Assembly (NCBI RefSeq): GCF_018977255.1
Contig: NW_024704743.1
Span: forward strand, 112,222,001-112,286,000
From: Callorhinchus milii
Taxonomy: Eukaryota
Direction: 5' to 3'
DNA: 64,000 bases
Below the pieces are notes generated by a model. It worked only from the letters and a program-made list of their open reading frames with translations. It had not been told where the DNA came from and did no database searches. Shown one piece after another: positions 26,123 through 38,399 of the stretch. The position numbers and the translations under genes were made by a program. The first letter of the stretch is position 1. The number at the start of each line of letters is the position of its first letter.

Positions 26123-28541
26123 TGGCTTCTCTTTCTGACTTAGGGTCAAGTTCCGTCACTGTTAAGTGCTCCAAGACGCTACCCCACGTGAAGGGGGTAT
26201 GTAAATGCAAGTGGTTGCTACTTGGATGCTCTTTAGCACAATGATGGGTTTCAGCATGTTTCAGACAGCAGGGTAACCCCCAAAAGTCTAACCTTCCCAT
26301 TCTCAGGCAGTTTTGTGCACATGTATTTAAATACTGCATTATAAATATTGCTTTTCAAATTCACACAGACCTGCAGGTGCAGATGCAGGAGCAATTGACC
26401 ATGTAATATGGTTCCGTTGGTGGACTGACACTGCTCTCTGCCCTGCAGTGCTCTGGTGGCGAAGTACACCTTACAAGCTGTGCCCCCGTAAGCAGAATGT
26501 ACTGGAATCAGCAGCAGAATGCCTGCAGTACAAAGAAGATCTGAAATAATAGCAGCTCTCGTTCCCGAACCTTTATCATTATATTATTTTTTTATTGCTA
26601 TATGTGGCGCAATAAAAATAATACTATAATGACAAATATGATCCTTGCATTTGATATACCCCTTTTCATGTTGAGAGGAGAGCTCAAAGTGCTTCACAGG
26701 GTAGAATGCAGAATACAGTGAATGTGTATTTTGCAGGCATATAAGTGTTAGAAGAGCTGGGTTATTTGCTGGAGTAAATCTTCAGAAGTCAAACCAGGCA
26801 CCAGAGACGCATAAGAGTTACGTTAGTAAATAAACTTTTATTGTTCCATGTCTTATTGCGTATCCATTCTGACCTGTCTCTGAGCGGTCTTGTTCTATGT
26901 CCTGCGACTCTATTGAATCTACCTAGTGGATGAACTGCTGTTGACCAAATATTATAAGCAAGCCTTGGTTTCTACAACTGAAGTATAAAGCTCTGTGCAG
27001 AAAGGTTTCAGGGAGATATGCCAAAATTGCACAGTGTATCTGAAGGCCAAACACACAAAAGCGGCAAGACGGGTAGATTTAAAATCAGTGTTGAAAAGAT
27101 AGCCGATCAAAATAAATTCCTTCCATTGCAGGATTATCTATACAACAAAAAGCTGAGTATTTGTCATGCTGTTAGTTAAGTACTTGAGCAAGGAATTACC
27201 TCCATGTTCAATAGTTGGGATTTACTGGCTTTTCACCAGGAATGAAATAGAAATATCTTACTTCACCTTTTGAGCACCTTTTATTTTTTATAGTTAATGC
27301 CTTCAAAGAAATGATTGCGACTGCAACTTGAGTTAAAAAAAAATCATTTTAAGAGAGGATTAACATGGTCCCAACTTTCACCTGCTGCATTTAAAACTGG
27401 TGCAACTATAAATGATAATAAACACGGGAAAAGGAAAATTATTTTCAACAATTATCATACTGTAATAATCCCAGTGTTAGAGCTTCACAGACTGCTCCCC
27501 ACAGCAATTGAAAACGCACAGATGCTGTACTTTGCGGTTTATCCCGTGAAGCACTTTGAGATGTTCTCCTGAGGTGAAACACACTATTCCAAATATAAGG
27601 ATTATTATTAATAATAATGTGGTCTTTCATAAGTCTTCATTCCGTTGGATTCTCGTCCTCTCTGTTCCTTACACAATGCCTCTTGAATTGTATTATTTAC
27701 TGTGCATATTAGGGGCATGTTTTATGTGGCTTCAAAAAGGAACCTCATCCTTTGACATCTCTTTGACATCTGAAGTTAAGCAATCACTTTCACACTGTAT
27801 CTCCAGTACATCTCCAAAGACCCCACACCACTGCAATGCCACCTTACCTAAAGGTTTTCATGGGAGCACAATAAGTTTAAGACCCTATTTCAGGAATGGT
27901 TTATTCATCTGTGCATATCTCCAATTTTAACAGTAGATCAAAGCTATATATTCAACTTGGAGTTAATACATTGACCAAATTATTTCACTTCAGCCAAACA
28001 TATGTACAGATGGATTCGTAAAGCTAGCGTAGAGAACACCTGTATTGAGAGTTTTTAATTCTTGAAAAGCCAGCAATTGGTAATACTGAAATATCTCAGT
28101 TTTTGAAAGAATCCAACACCATCATCACAAAATGAAATTAGTCCTAATCCTTTGTTAATAAAAGAATATTTCAGAACAACCACCACGGCTTACCTCAGTG
28201 ATTACAGACCCTCTTATTAAATGCTTCAATATTGATTAAAAAAAATTAAATTCTCCATGTGTGTGTGCTGGGCTCATGACTATGGTGTTAGCATTTTGTC
28301 TGTTTTGTTCTTCGCCAAAATACACAGTCACTACACTTTACATCCCACCCCCCCCCTCCCCAAGTGACAACAATTTGCATTTACTTAATGCACTTGATGC
28401 AACAATGCAATCTTGGTTAAAAGTCTCATACGAATAAAGTATTAGATTTAGAATCTGTTTTTAACTGTTTTTCAGTGGGTGCGTGAATTATTGAATTCCA
28501 CTAAAAATATCCTATTTTCAAAAGGAATTGTTCTCGAAGAG

Positions 28542-28566
28542 AATATATATATATATATATATATAT
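28542..28566. repeat. (AT)n microsatellite
   Basis: Seen directly. Confidence 0.92.
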
Positions 28567-31500
28567 GTATAAGTCTAAAATTTGATGCAGGTTTACTGAT
28601 AAATATTTGTCCTCTAAGGACAGAGGATGGTTAGAATTTATATTCTAACCTCCCCCGGTTTGCTGAGGAACGATTAGAATTTCAATAGCATAAGTATAGC
28701 ATTTATCTATAAATGATCAGAGTTTTCTCACTTTTATGCAAAAATGACTGATTTAATATACACCCTTATCAAGTATTTAGTATTTGAAACAAGAAAATAA
28801 CATTAATTCTCACTGTTATCAGCGATTTCATTCGTGTTGCTTTCTTATGCAATATCTGACAGTAAATGATCTAGTTAGAATCTGCTTTTGGTAAGCAACA
28901 GACAGCAATTGTTCGGAGAGATGCAAACCTTTGATACTTCAAGGAAGGCAGATGAGATATGTTCCACTTTTGTCTGAGCAATTTGTAAACATACCTAAAG
29001 CTAAATACATTGCTTCAGGATTTGCACTGAATACTGATAACAAATATTAGCAGGCAGCGACAGTGCTTGCATTTCAGGGAGACAACATTACAGTGAATCA
29101 TATTTGGGAATACAATGATTAAAATGTGTACAGATTTGGGTGAAAATAATAATAAAAATAATAATAATCTTTGCATTTGATATAGTGCCTTTCACATCAG
29201 GAAGACCTTTCAAAGCATTTGACAGAATTTTTACTGAGATGTGTGGTGACTGAGTAGTTTATAGGTGAACACTGCAGACAAGTTGCACACAGCAATATTC
29301 CACAAACAATATCCCACAAACCGCCGTGAAGTGAACGACCAAATGTAGATGGATATTTAACAAAATTTGTCAAGTTAAGCAACAAAATAAGCACCAGAGT
29401 TCAGCAGGTTGTCCCTATGATACAGGGAGACTTAATTTCATTCCAACTTTGGTTAAGCACTTTGACACATCCTCTCAACATGAAAAACGCTATATTGTAT
29501 TGTAATTTATATTGTAAAACACATTTTGGATGCATAGTAATAAAGTATAACTTCTATTGTAAAACACCTTTTGCATACATAATAATAAAAAGGGCATCAT
29601 TTACATTTAAGCTGTTTTACAGTTGTTCATTTAGAATTTTATTTTAAGTTCAAATTTTACTTTTGTCAAGCTCCTACTTCCTAATTTATTCATTAGTGTT
29701 TTACCTTACCGCAGACGTCCTGTTTTATAAGTGCACTCCGTTAGCTTCTAAAAAAGTCTATTTACTTGTACTGGATTTGCAACATTATAGTAGGTATAAA
29801 CTTCTGCTGCACTGTTTTAATCTTTCGTCAGTAAACTCAAAAGTCTGAATAGATGAGAGACTCAGTCAAGGACCATAGATGTTCCTGATGGATTAAATAT
29901 TTATGGTCACTGGTCTTCAATGCACTAACACCAACAGCTTCCATGCTTGTTGCTCTTTGATATAAAGTCAGTTGATGCTCCGTATGGTCAGTGGCCCATG
30001 ACAGAGAAAGACTGCACAATCAGAGCAGTAAAAAAATCAACTAGGAATAGCTAACAACTGCTGACACATTTGATTCCTGTGGAAAAATATTGAATTGGGA
30101 GGGGACAGGAGGACAGATGGGGGAGGGGGAAAGATAGGTGAATTAACGGAAACAATGCAATTAGAAATCACATTTTCGAGTATAAATGTTGCTTCTTTCG
30201 AATGCATCACATTCCTCACACAGCATTTAAAAACAACAGCAACCAATGTGTTAGAGCAAGTGCCCTTAACATAAGGGTGAAATGTGTCTTGGAATGTTTC
30301 ACAGGGACTGTGTTGAATGCATCCAAGTGTCAGTGTGCGTTTTGTACCAAGAATTCATGTATTACCGTGAAAAGGCGGACTACTGTCACTTACTTATTAC
30401 TACTGTTGAAGAATCAAATTAATCTAAATCTCACCTCAGAATTACTTCTAAACCTAAAAAAAACTTCTTTATTTTCCCTCCGCACTATTCAGTTTGCCGC
30501 TTCACAATAATAATTTCTGACTTGGATGAACCATGTTAAATCATTAGATGTTTTAGAATCCTTTTTCTCTCTCGGGGAAAAGAACGCACGAGGTTACGAG
30601 AGGTTAGGGTGAAGAAAGGCCCAGTTGATTTCTTCTCTCCAGAATACTGACCCTGCTGTCTTCACAGCACAGCATCAAGCTGTTTCTTAAATGAGTCTGT
30701 TCTGGAGAGGCTTGGGATCTCTAACAGATGTCCCTTCTAAACCTTATATTAGCTGGTTTGCTAATTTAGTGCCACATAGAGTCATTCAGGGAGGATTGAT
30801 GGTAGAGGGGGAAGGGTGTGCTTTCCACTACAAGAACAAGCCCCATGAGGCAGGTACTACAACTTCCAACACTTTATTATTGGTCAATTTGGGGTTTCTT
30901 TCATTGCAGTGACATGGCTTGAGGAATGTCACAGCTAGCCAATCGATTTGTTGTAGCACAGTCACTGATATGTCTCGCACTGCAAGCACAGACAGCTGTG
31001 CCTTCCCTCATTCCAGACCTGTTTATCAAACACTAATTATCTTAAGCACAATGGACTCATCTTGGCCTGGCAAAGCAATCCTTGATCTCTCAATTAATGC
31101 AAATTTAAACCGTTTCCGTGTCCGAAAGCAGCATTTTTTTTGTAAATGTCACAGATGCTACTCCTCACCCGTAGAAAATAGCAGGCAATGTTTCAATTCA
31201 GTTACGCGTTAAGAGTTTGAACCTTTTTCAGATATCTTAACCAACCGTATTCTCATTGAAGTAAATTAACAGTTACTGTTTTTCCTTCCTATCTGTTTTA
31301 ATGAAATTGGATTAGAAAAACAGGTGATATTTTATTCTTGGCAATGAAAGCTTTTTGAAATTTGGTATTACCTCTGACTTTAGGAAAGAACTTCATCTAC
31401 AACAGTTAAAGGTACATCTTGTAGAGCAAATGCTGCCTTGTAGCTTTCGTGGTACGGCAGTCGCTCAGTATGTAAGCAATCCAAATCCTAGTTAGGCTAT

Positions 31501-31700
31501 AAACTTATTGATCGTATGGATTGCCTCCCAAAGTTGTGATAATGATATATCATTTGTTAAATTTGGTAGAACAAACTGTTTTTCCAATCCATCAGGGAAA
31601 ACATCAACCAAGGGAGAGCCATACGGACTCTTTCACATCTGCAAATGTCACTGCTTATTATTTGTTTGTGGGAAGGGGTTTTGTATGTGTGTGTCTGTCT

Positions 31701-31738
<38 letters not shown>
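31701..31738. repeat. (GA)n microsatellite
   Basis: Seen directly. Confidence 0.93.
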
Positions 31739-33377
31739 AATTGCTCTTATATGAACAGTACAATAAAAATATATAGCATTTCATTTGCTTCAGGAAATTA
31801 TGCTCAAATAACATTTTAAATAACCAAACACCGGGACACATTATTCATTATAAAGGCATTTATTTTTTTCTTTTATTTAATACAGAGATACTTTGTCTTT
31901 TAAATGGTTTAAATATGTATTTTAAATGGTTTAGATGTTTTACGTCAAAAAAAATCAGAAAGGAATCATGGCTGAGGATATAATGGTGCTGATTTGTCCT
32001 CTCTTTCTCTCTCCAGCGCTGGGCCTCTTGCAGTGAGAATGTTATAACTCGAATTTCCTAAATGTTACACTTTGACATTGGCGAACGTTTTCATTAAAGT
32101 TGCAGTTTCTTTGTCAAGGCGGTGCATTAAATCCAAGTCTTAAATGATTTGCATCGTCCCTTTGAAGTTTACAGTGAGGTTTACTCACCTTTCAGAAAGA
32201 AAGATGAGACCTCTCACTCCTCTATTTTTCCTCTATAGGTTGATCAATTTAAGCAGCACAGTATTGATTTCAGCAATAATAGGTACACGAATGTCTTCTG
32301 GGTTTGCATCTCTGTTACTGCTCCAGTGTTCTGTGCCGAACCAAAATCACTATTGAGTGTACTTCATAACATTTGTGCTTTGTAACGGGAAACATCAAAA
32401 CCTTTCCATCGACAGTTAGTTACAGTACAGCACCAATATTTCTCTAAACATCTATTTATGTTGGGTGGGAAAAATTAAACCCACTTCATCCATAAGGTTG
32501 GCTGTTAAGTGAAGATATCCTAATCTAGTGTTGTATATTGAAGGTAAAAGAATTGCTTTGTTACAATGTGATCTAGAAATATATTTGCAAGTACAGCAAT
32601 CGAGCATTGCTTTTTAATATGGTAACCTAAGATTGATTTAAACACAAGTTAAACCTGCCATTTAATAAGAACAATAATCTTTACATTTGGTATAGCAACT
32701 TTCGAGCTGGGAGAAAATCCTAAAGCGCTTCCCAGCATACACTCTGAAGTGGAGTGACCGTGCAATTTGTGGGCAAACCGATAGAAAGTGTTACCAAGGC
32801 TCGGTGTTGGTGCATTGTTGAGAGATAAGGCTTGCAGACAGTGTGTTCTACAATTCCAGGTAGCTGTCTATTTCAGCACTGATCTCATTGGTGATAAATT
32901 GCTGGCTGTGACGACAACACTTGTATGATTTTCCTTTTTGTTGTTCCAGCCACTTCACCCCATCTTTCATAGGAAAGGTTTCCAGACAGCGAATCTGCTT
33001 TTGATGAGATCAAGTCACTACCTGGATGTATTTCAGATGGGCTCAAAATTTTCTGCTTCTATTTCTCCATGAGATTTGGCTCCTTTTTAATATTACAGTG
33101 TTTCTTGATTTTTAATGTTACTTTGAACTTATTACTTTGGGATCAAATCTATTCTGAAGCCACATCTTTTTTTATTTAAGAAGTTTAAAATTCACAGTCT
33201 GTTCCGTTACAGAAACCTCCTACAACAATTTTTTTGCTGGTGCCTGCTCTGTTGCATAGTTTTTTTCCTCTTTCTCCTTGAAGCTACTATTCAAGTTCTG
33301 TTAGTTGTACTGACAAACGTACACGTCAGATGTTTTGTAACAATGGGAATTGATGGGAAATAACAGAAACAAAGGGA

Positions 33378-33985
33378 TAATAATAATAATCTTTGCATTT
33401 GATACAGCTCTTTTTACATCAAAGGCAGCTGTCTCAAAGTGCTTCACAGGATATAAGAACAACTTGCATTTATATAGCATCCTCCACCCTGGGTAGTGTC
33501 TCAGAGCGCTTAGCAATGTAGCCTGATGCCGAGCCAGGGGGAGAGGGAAGGTGACCGTAGGCACGGTCGAAGAGGAAGGTCTTCAGGCGCAATTTGAAAA
33601 TGGGGAAACGGGGCAAGGCAAAGGGATTGCGGGAGAGAGTTCCATAGTTTCGGGTCATACACCTTAAAATTTAGAGACTGTATATTTTGTGGGGGAAAAC
33701 AGCAGGCAATTTGTAGATCACACTGTCGCACAAACAGCTATGAAGTGAGTTTACCAATTTTATCTGGGGGATTGTTGGCCAGGACACCAGGAGAAACTCC
33801 CTTCTCTTTTTTGAATAGGGCCATGGGATCCTGAATAGGCCTAACATCTCATGCAAAGGAGGGCTCCTACAGCAAGCAGCAAACCTCCAGCAATACACTG
33901 CACTGTCAACCTAGTCTGTGAGCTCAAATTCCTGACAACCTTCTGACCCAGAGGCGAGAATGCTGTCACTAAGCCAGGCTGACAC
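33378..33985 (-). mobile_element. Deu-domain SINE interrupted by an L2 3' fragment
   Basis: Tail at 33378-33455; remainder at ~33665-33985 (ttggccaggacaccaggagaaactccc...aagccaggctgac). Confidence 0.85.
33456..33662 (-). mobile_element. L2 LINE 3' end
   Basis: Minus frames give PKLWNSLPQSL and FKLRLKTFLF, typical of the L2 ORF2 C-terminus, then tail ataaatgcaagttgtt. Confidence 0.85.
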
Positions 33986-35859
33986 CAAGAGTCAAATAGG
34001 TTCCTCTACAGTAGCTTTGGAATTTTATGACAGATTGATAATCAATTATATTTTGTATTATTTTATATTGTGCGCATAATCGAAGGATAGAAAATGTACT
34101 TTGTGCTTGGATCAGTTCTTTCTTTGCAAAATGAAGAAGATATTTGTAATCTACTGAAATGTTTCCTTTCTTACTTTTTTTTATACAGGTAGGTATAGAT
34201 TTACATCAGACTATATAGCACGGAAACTGGCCATTCACCCAACTAGCCCATGTTGGTGTTTGTACTTCCACATGAATCTACATGCACACCTTATTCCATC
34301 CTATATCTTTCTATTTCTGTTACTCCTGTTTATGTAACATCCTCATGTGTATATCTAGCATCTAGTTATTCCAGATTTCCACAATATTTACATTTTCTAA
34401 ATAAAAATGCTGATTAATTGTCATTTGTTGATGAACAGTAAAAAGCCAAACATGAAGATATAATATAACAAACTGTAAAATTCCTATTTCCACACTGGCA
34501 AAGCAGATTATCCATTTTACATTACCCATTGTTGTTGCAATCTGACACTTCTGTTCTGGAAATATTGTGCTTTTCCAGTAGAAAGGTCCATAAAGTATTC
34601 TTAATACATAAAACAAATCTGGTGAATTAAAGACATTAATGCCCCTCCTGTTTGATGACCAGCATACAGTTGTACTGATCTTTACTGCTTTGGACATGTT
34701 AGTCATTTAATTTAAGGAATTAATTTAGCAAACAAATTAGTTAATATTTTATGCATTTCTGCTGTAAAACAGAAATCAATCCTTATGCTTACTCAAAGTA
34801 TTCATTATTCCTTTCCAGATTTTGGATGCAGTTGTTAACGAAATTGTCAAAGTTTGTCAGTAAGAGCATTTGATTCAGACACTTAGTACCTCAAAGTAAT
34901 GTTCTGAATACAACTTAAACTTATCAGTAAGCCTGTAATTATTTTGCAATTGAGGTTTTATCGATTTTCCATCTTTATAATAAAAGGTTATGAAAAACAG
35001 AAGATGGTTCAATGTTTAAGAGATTCTGTTATGTCTTCTCTTCTCTATTGGATACATTAAAAACACACGCACTCCAGAAATACAGAACTTTAGCTGAAAT
35101 GAGACTTACAGTACAAAGCTTCACTAAACATGCAGGAATCAGCTGGTTTTCACGTGACGTATGTTGTTGTTGCAAACTGATCCAAGCACAATGTACATTT
35201 TCTATCCTTCAATTACGGGCACAATATAAAATTATAAAAAATATAATTGATTACACTGAGCCAAAGGATTGTAAAATATATTCTCGCCTTTGTTTCTTTA
35301 TTGCTGTCTAAGCCCGTTTTACAGAATGCAATGGACAAACTCAGTCTGGAATTCTGCAGGGAGCTAGGACAACATTCTAAGCTTCTTAAGCCTCTATGTT
35401 CATGGAAAGCCTCCCTTTACTGGGGATTTTAGTAAACATTCCTCTTAATTCAGGAAGTTCACCGAGAAAACTGGGAAACAAGTGAATAGCTAAAACTATA
35501 CAGAATGAACACTCGCTCACGCACACAGAATATGTATGCACACACTAATACATTATTATTTTCAAAACAGCTTGAATATATTCTTAGCACTGTCAGGTTG
35601 TACGTTTCATATTAAAATTAGATTTATCTCAAATATCTGCGTACATTTCGCTTACAAAATAACACAGCAGCTTTACAGTAAAATCCTGCAAAGTGCTTTG
35701 AGGTGTCTTCCCAACATGAAAGGCTCTTTCAAATATAACGATTATTATTCTTCACAAACTCCAGTCCAAAATGTAGAGTACACACATCCTGTTGCCGTGC
35801 TACTGCACCACACTGAACAGAGTTCAGCCTGAGAACCTGGGTCTGGAATGGCCATTGCC

Positions 35860-36018
35860 GTGAAGTGACAATGCAAGGGTTACAAATTAGATTTCTATTA
35901 GGAAATAATATCTCGGGATATAGTTTGGGACATGGCAAGTGCATGCGACTACCAGGATAGTGGAAGGTGAACTGGATGGACCTTGGTCTTCTTTCGTCAA
36001 GCAATTCTTATACTCTTA
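35860..36018 (+). mobile_element. CR1-type 3' tail
   Basis: gaactggatggaccttggtcttctttcgtcaagcaattcttatactctta. Confidence 0.55.
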
Positions 36019-37037
36019 AGGAAAAATGCATGCTCCACTTCCCCCTACACTAGTAGAAAGTTGGCATAGCCAAAATATTTCTAAACCCAGATTCAATTTG
36101 AGTCGTAAACACATTGTCATGTGTTTAAGGTAGTTTCCAACTCATTATAATTTCTCTTGATTAAAATGTAAATGACTAAGTACATTCTCAATTATTCTTT
36201 AACTCTCTTGATGAACATTTCTTAATCTGTGGACAGCAATGTAAAATATGCTCTTATTTTCCATTTTGAAGAATGTTTAATCTTTCTTAATCCGCTATAT
36301 ATGTAAATTGCTGCAGTACATCATGATATACAATTAAACAGAAAATAAGAAAGCATTATGATGAATACCAAATCTCTTTAAATCATAATGAAATACTTTA
36401 TCGTACCTCTTGCAAATAAGAAAGTCATACAGATTCAGATATATTTGTAGACTAGAATTTAATTTGAAAATTAATGCAAATGGTCTCTTGTATTATCCTC
36501 AATTAAACATATAGTTGTTAACAAGTATCTTAGTACCAAACACTTCGATACAACAGTACATGTTCATGTTTATGTTTTACTGTATGAAATTCTTATGATC
36601 CAATAAATCAAAGGGCTGTATATTCATATTAAAATGCAACTCACTTCTTACCAAGGAAAACATTTCAATCCACATTCCATTTCTGTTTAAGAAAGATCCC
36701 ACCTTAAAAACACACACACATTCTTAATATAGATTTTAATAAGGCAAGGTTAAGTGAATCCTGCATCTAGTTAACTGAATGCATCTCCGTACAAGTGAAT
36801 CTAAACCGTTCTCCTAATTTAAAATAATACAAAGGGGTCTGTAAAGGATTCAGCTCAGCATCTGCTGTGAAGAACTGAAATGCACAAAGGCAGCACAATG
36901 CAGTTTTATGCCTTGAAGAGTGCTCTGGTTGTAATAGTTAAGATCATTTGAAGACTAATTTGTTGAGTTAAGTATATTACTCCCTGTAGTTATTCAGTGC
37001 TTACTTTCTCTGTGCTAAAAGGAACCTTTTTTTTATA

Positions 37038-37225
37038 CCTCTAAAACCCAAAAAAAACAATAATAAATTGGTCATTTTCAATCTCCAACTGTTTGTGGGA
37101 CATTGCTGTGGGCAATTGGCTGCCGCGTTCGCCCACAAATATACAGTCAATTCACTTTACAGTGTGTTCTGTGAAGCGCTTTGGGACGTCCTCCCGACGT
37201 GAAAAGCGCTATATCAAATGCAAGG

Positions 37226-37270
<45 letters not shown>
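37038..37270 (+). mobile_element. 5'-truncated young SINE with long (tta)n tail
   Basis: Body matches 56190-56380; no tRNA head. Confidence 0.9.
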
Positions 37271-37420
37271 TACAACTGCATAAAAAAGGAAAGTGAGAAA
37301 GACAGTTATTCTTATGATTGTTAGTTATTTCTGTAATAACATAATTTATCACTATACAAATGGACATACAGGGAGCTGCAAGAAAAATAATAATACACCC
37401 AGCGATAACAATTACAAAAA

Positions 37421-37808
37421 TAATAATAATAATTCTTGCATGTGATATAGTGCATGTCATGTTGGGAGGATGTCTCAAAGCACTTCCCAAAATCTACTGG
37501 GTATTTTGCAATGTCCCACAAACAGCCATGAATTGAATGACTGATTTTATTTGGGGGAATTGTTGGCCAGGACATTGGGAGAAATTCATTACTCTTTTCA
37601 AATAGTGCCATGGGATCTTCACTGCCCACCTCAACAAAAAGATGGAATGTTGGATTATTGTCTCATCCATTGGACCCCACTTCTAACAATATAGCGTTCC
37701 CCCAGCACTGTATTGGAGTGTCACCCTAGATTATAAATTCAGGTCCGAACATGGGGCTTAAACCCTCTCACTCAGAGGCGAGAGCACTACCAATTGAGCC
37801 AGGCTGAC
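37421..37808 (-). mobile_element. Deu-domain SINE
   Basis: Tail aataattcttgcatgtgatatag; core ttggccaggaca...agtgccatgggatc; head agcactaccaattgagccaggctgac. Confidence 0.86.
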
Positions 37809-38097
37809 AGATTCAAATTCATCACCTTTGTAATGCAAATGTTGCCAGTTCAAGGATAGACTACTTGGATGAACAACTGTGTAATGGTTGAACATTTCAT
37901 GTCAGAAGACAAGAAAGCTGCCACCATCATTCACAACCCCACTGAAGATCCATAATGTAGCTTTTATGGGAGCTGAGAAACAGTCCTTAGAAAAAACTAT
38001 TTTTCTGATGTGATGGAGTAGCAACAAATAATAACGTACTGAGAAAACGTGGGAGAATGTCATCATTTAAATATCAAATGCAAAAGGGAATATGATC

Positions 38098-38380
38098 GGA
38101 GGTGCCATTCCTCAGATGAGACATTAAACCAAAGTCCTGTCTCCCTGTTCAGGTGGATGTGAAAGTTCCCATGGAATTATTCTGTATGGGAAGAGAGTTT
38201 CTCCTGGTATCCTGGCTGAAAATCTTGCATATAAAATGGGTCACTCACTTCATTGTGGGACATTCTGCAATGCAGAAATTGGCAGCTGCATTTGCCTACA
38301 AAATACAGTCAGTTCACTTTACACATGAGGTGCTATGAGACATCGTCCTGACATGGAAGGCGCTATAACCAATGCAAGGG
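38098..38380 (+). mobile_element. Deu SINE, partial
   Basis: ggaggtgccattcctcagatgagacattaaacc...ctgttcaggtggatgt...aatgcaagg. Confidence 0.82.
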
Positions 38381-38399
38381 TGTTTAGGGCGACTGTGTG

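Noticed and set aside
26746..26950. Possible solo LTR on the minus strand
   Set aside because: Only a tgtta end and a polyA-like signal; no second terminus or TSD found.
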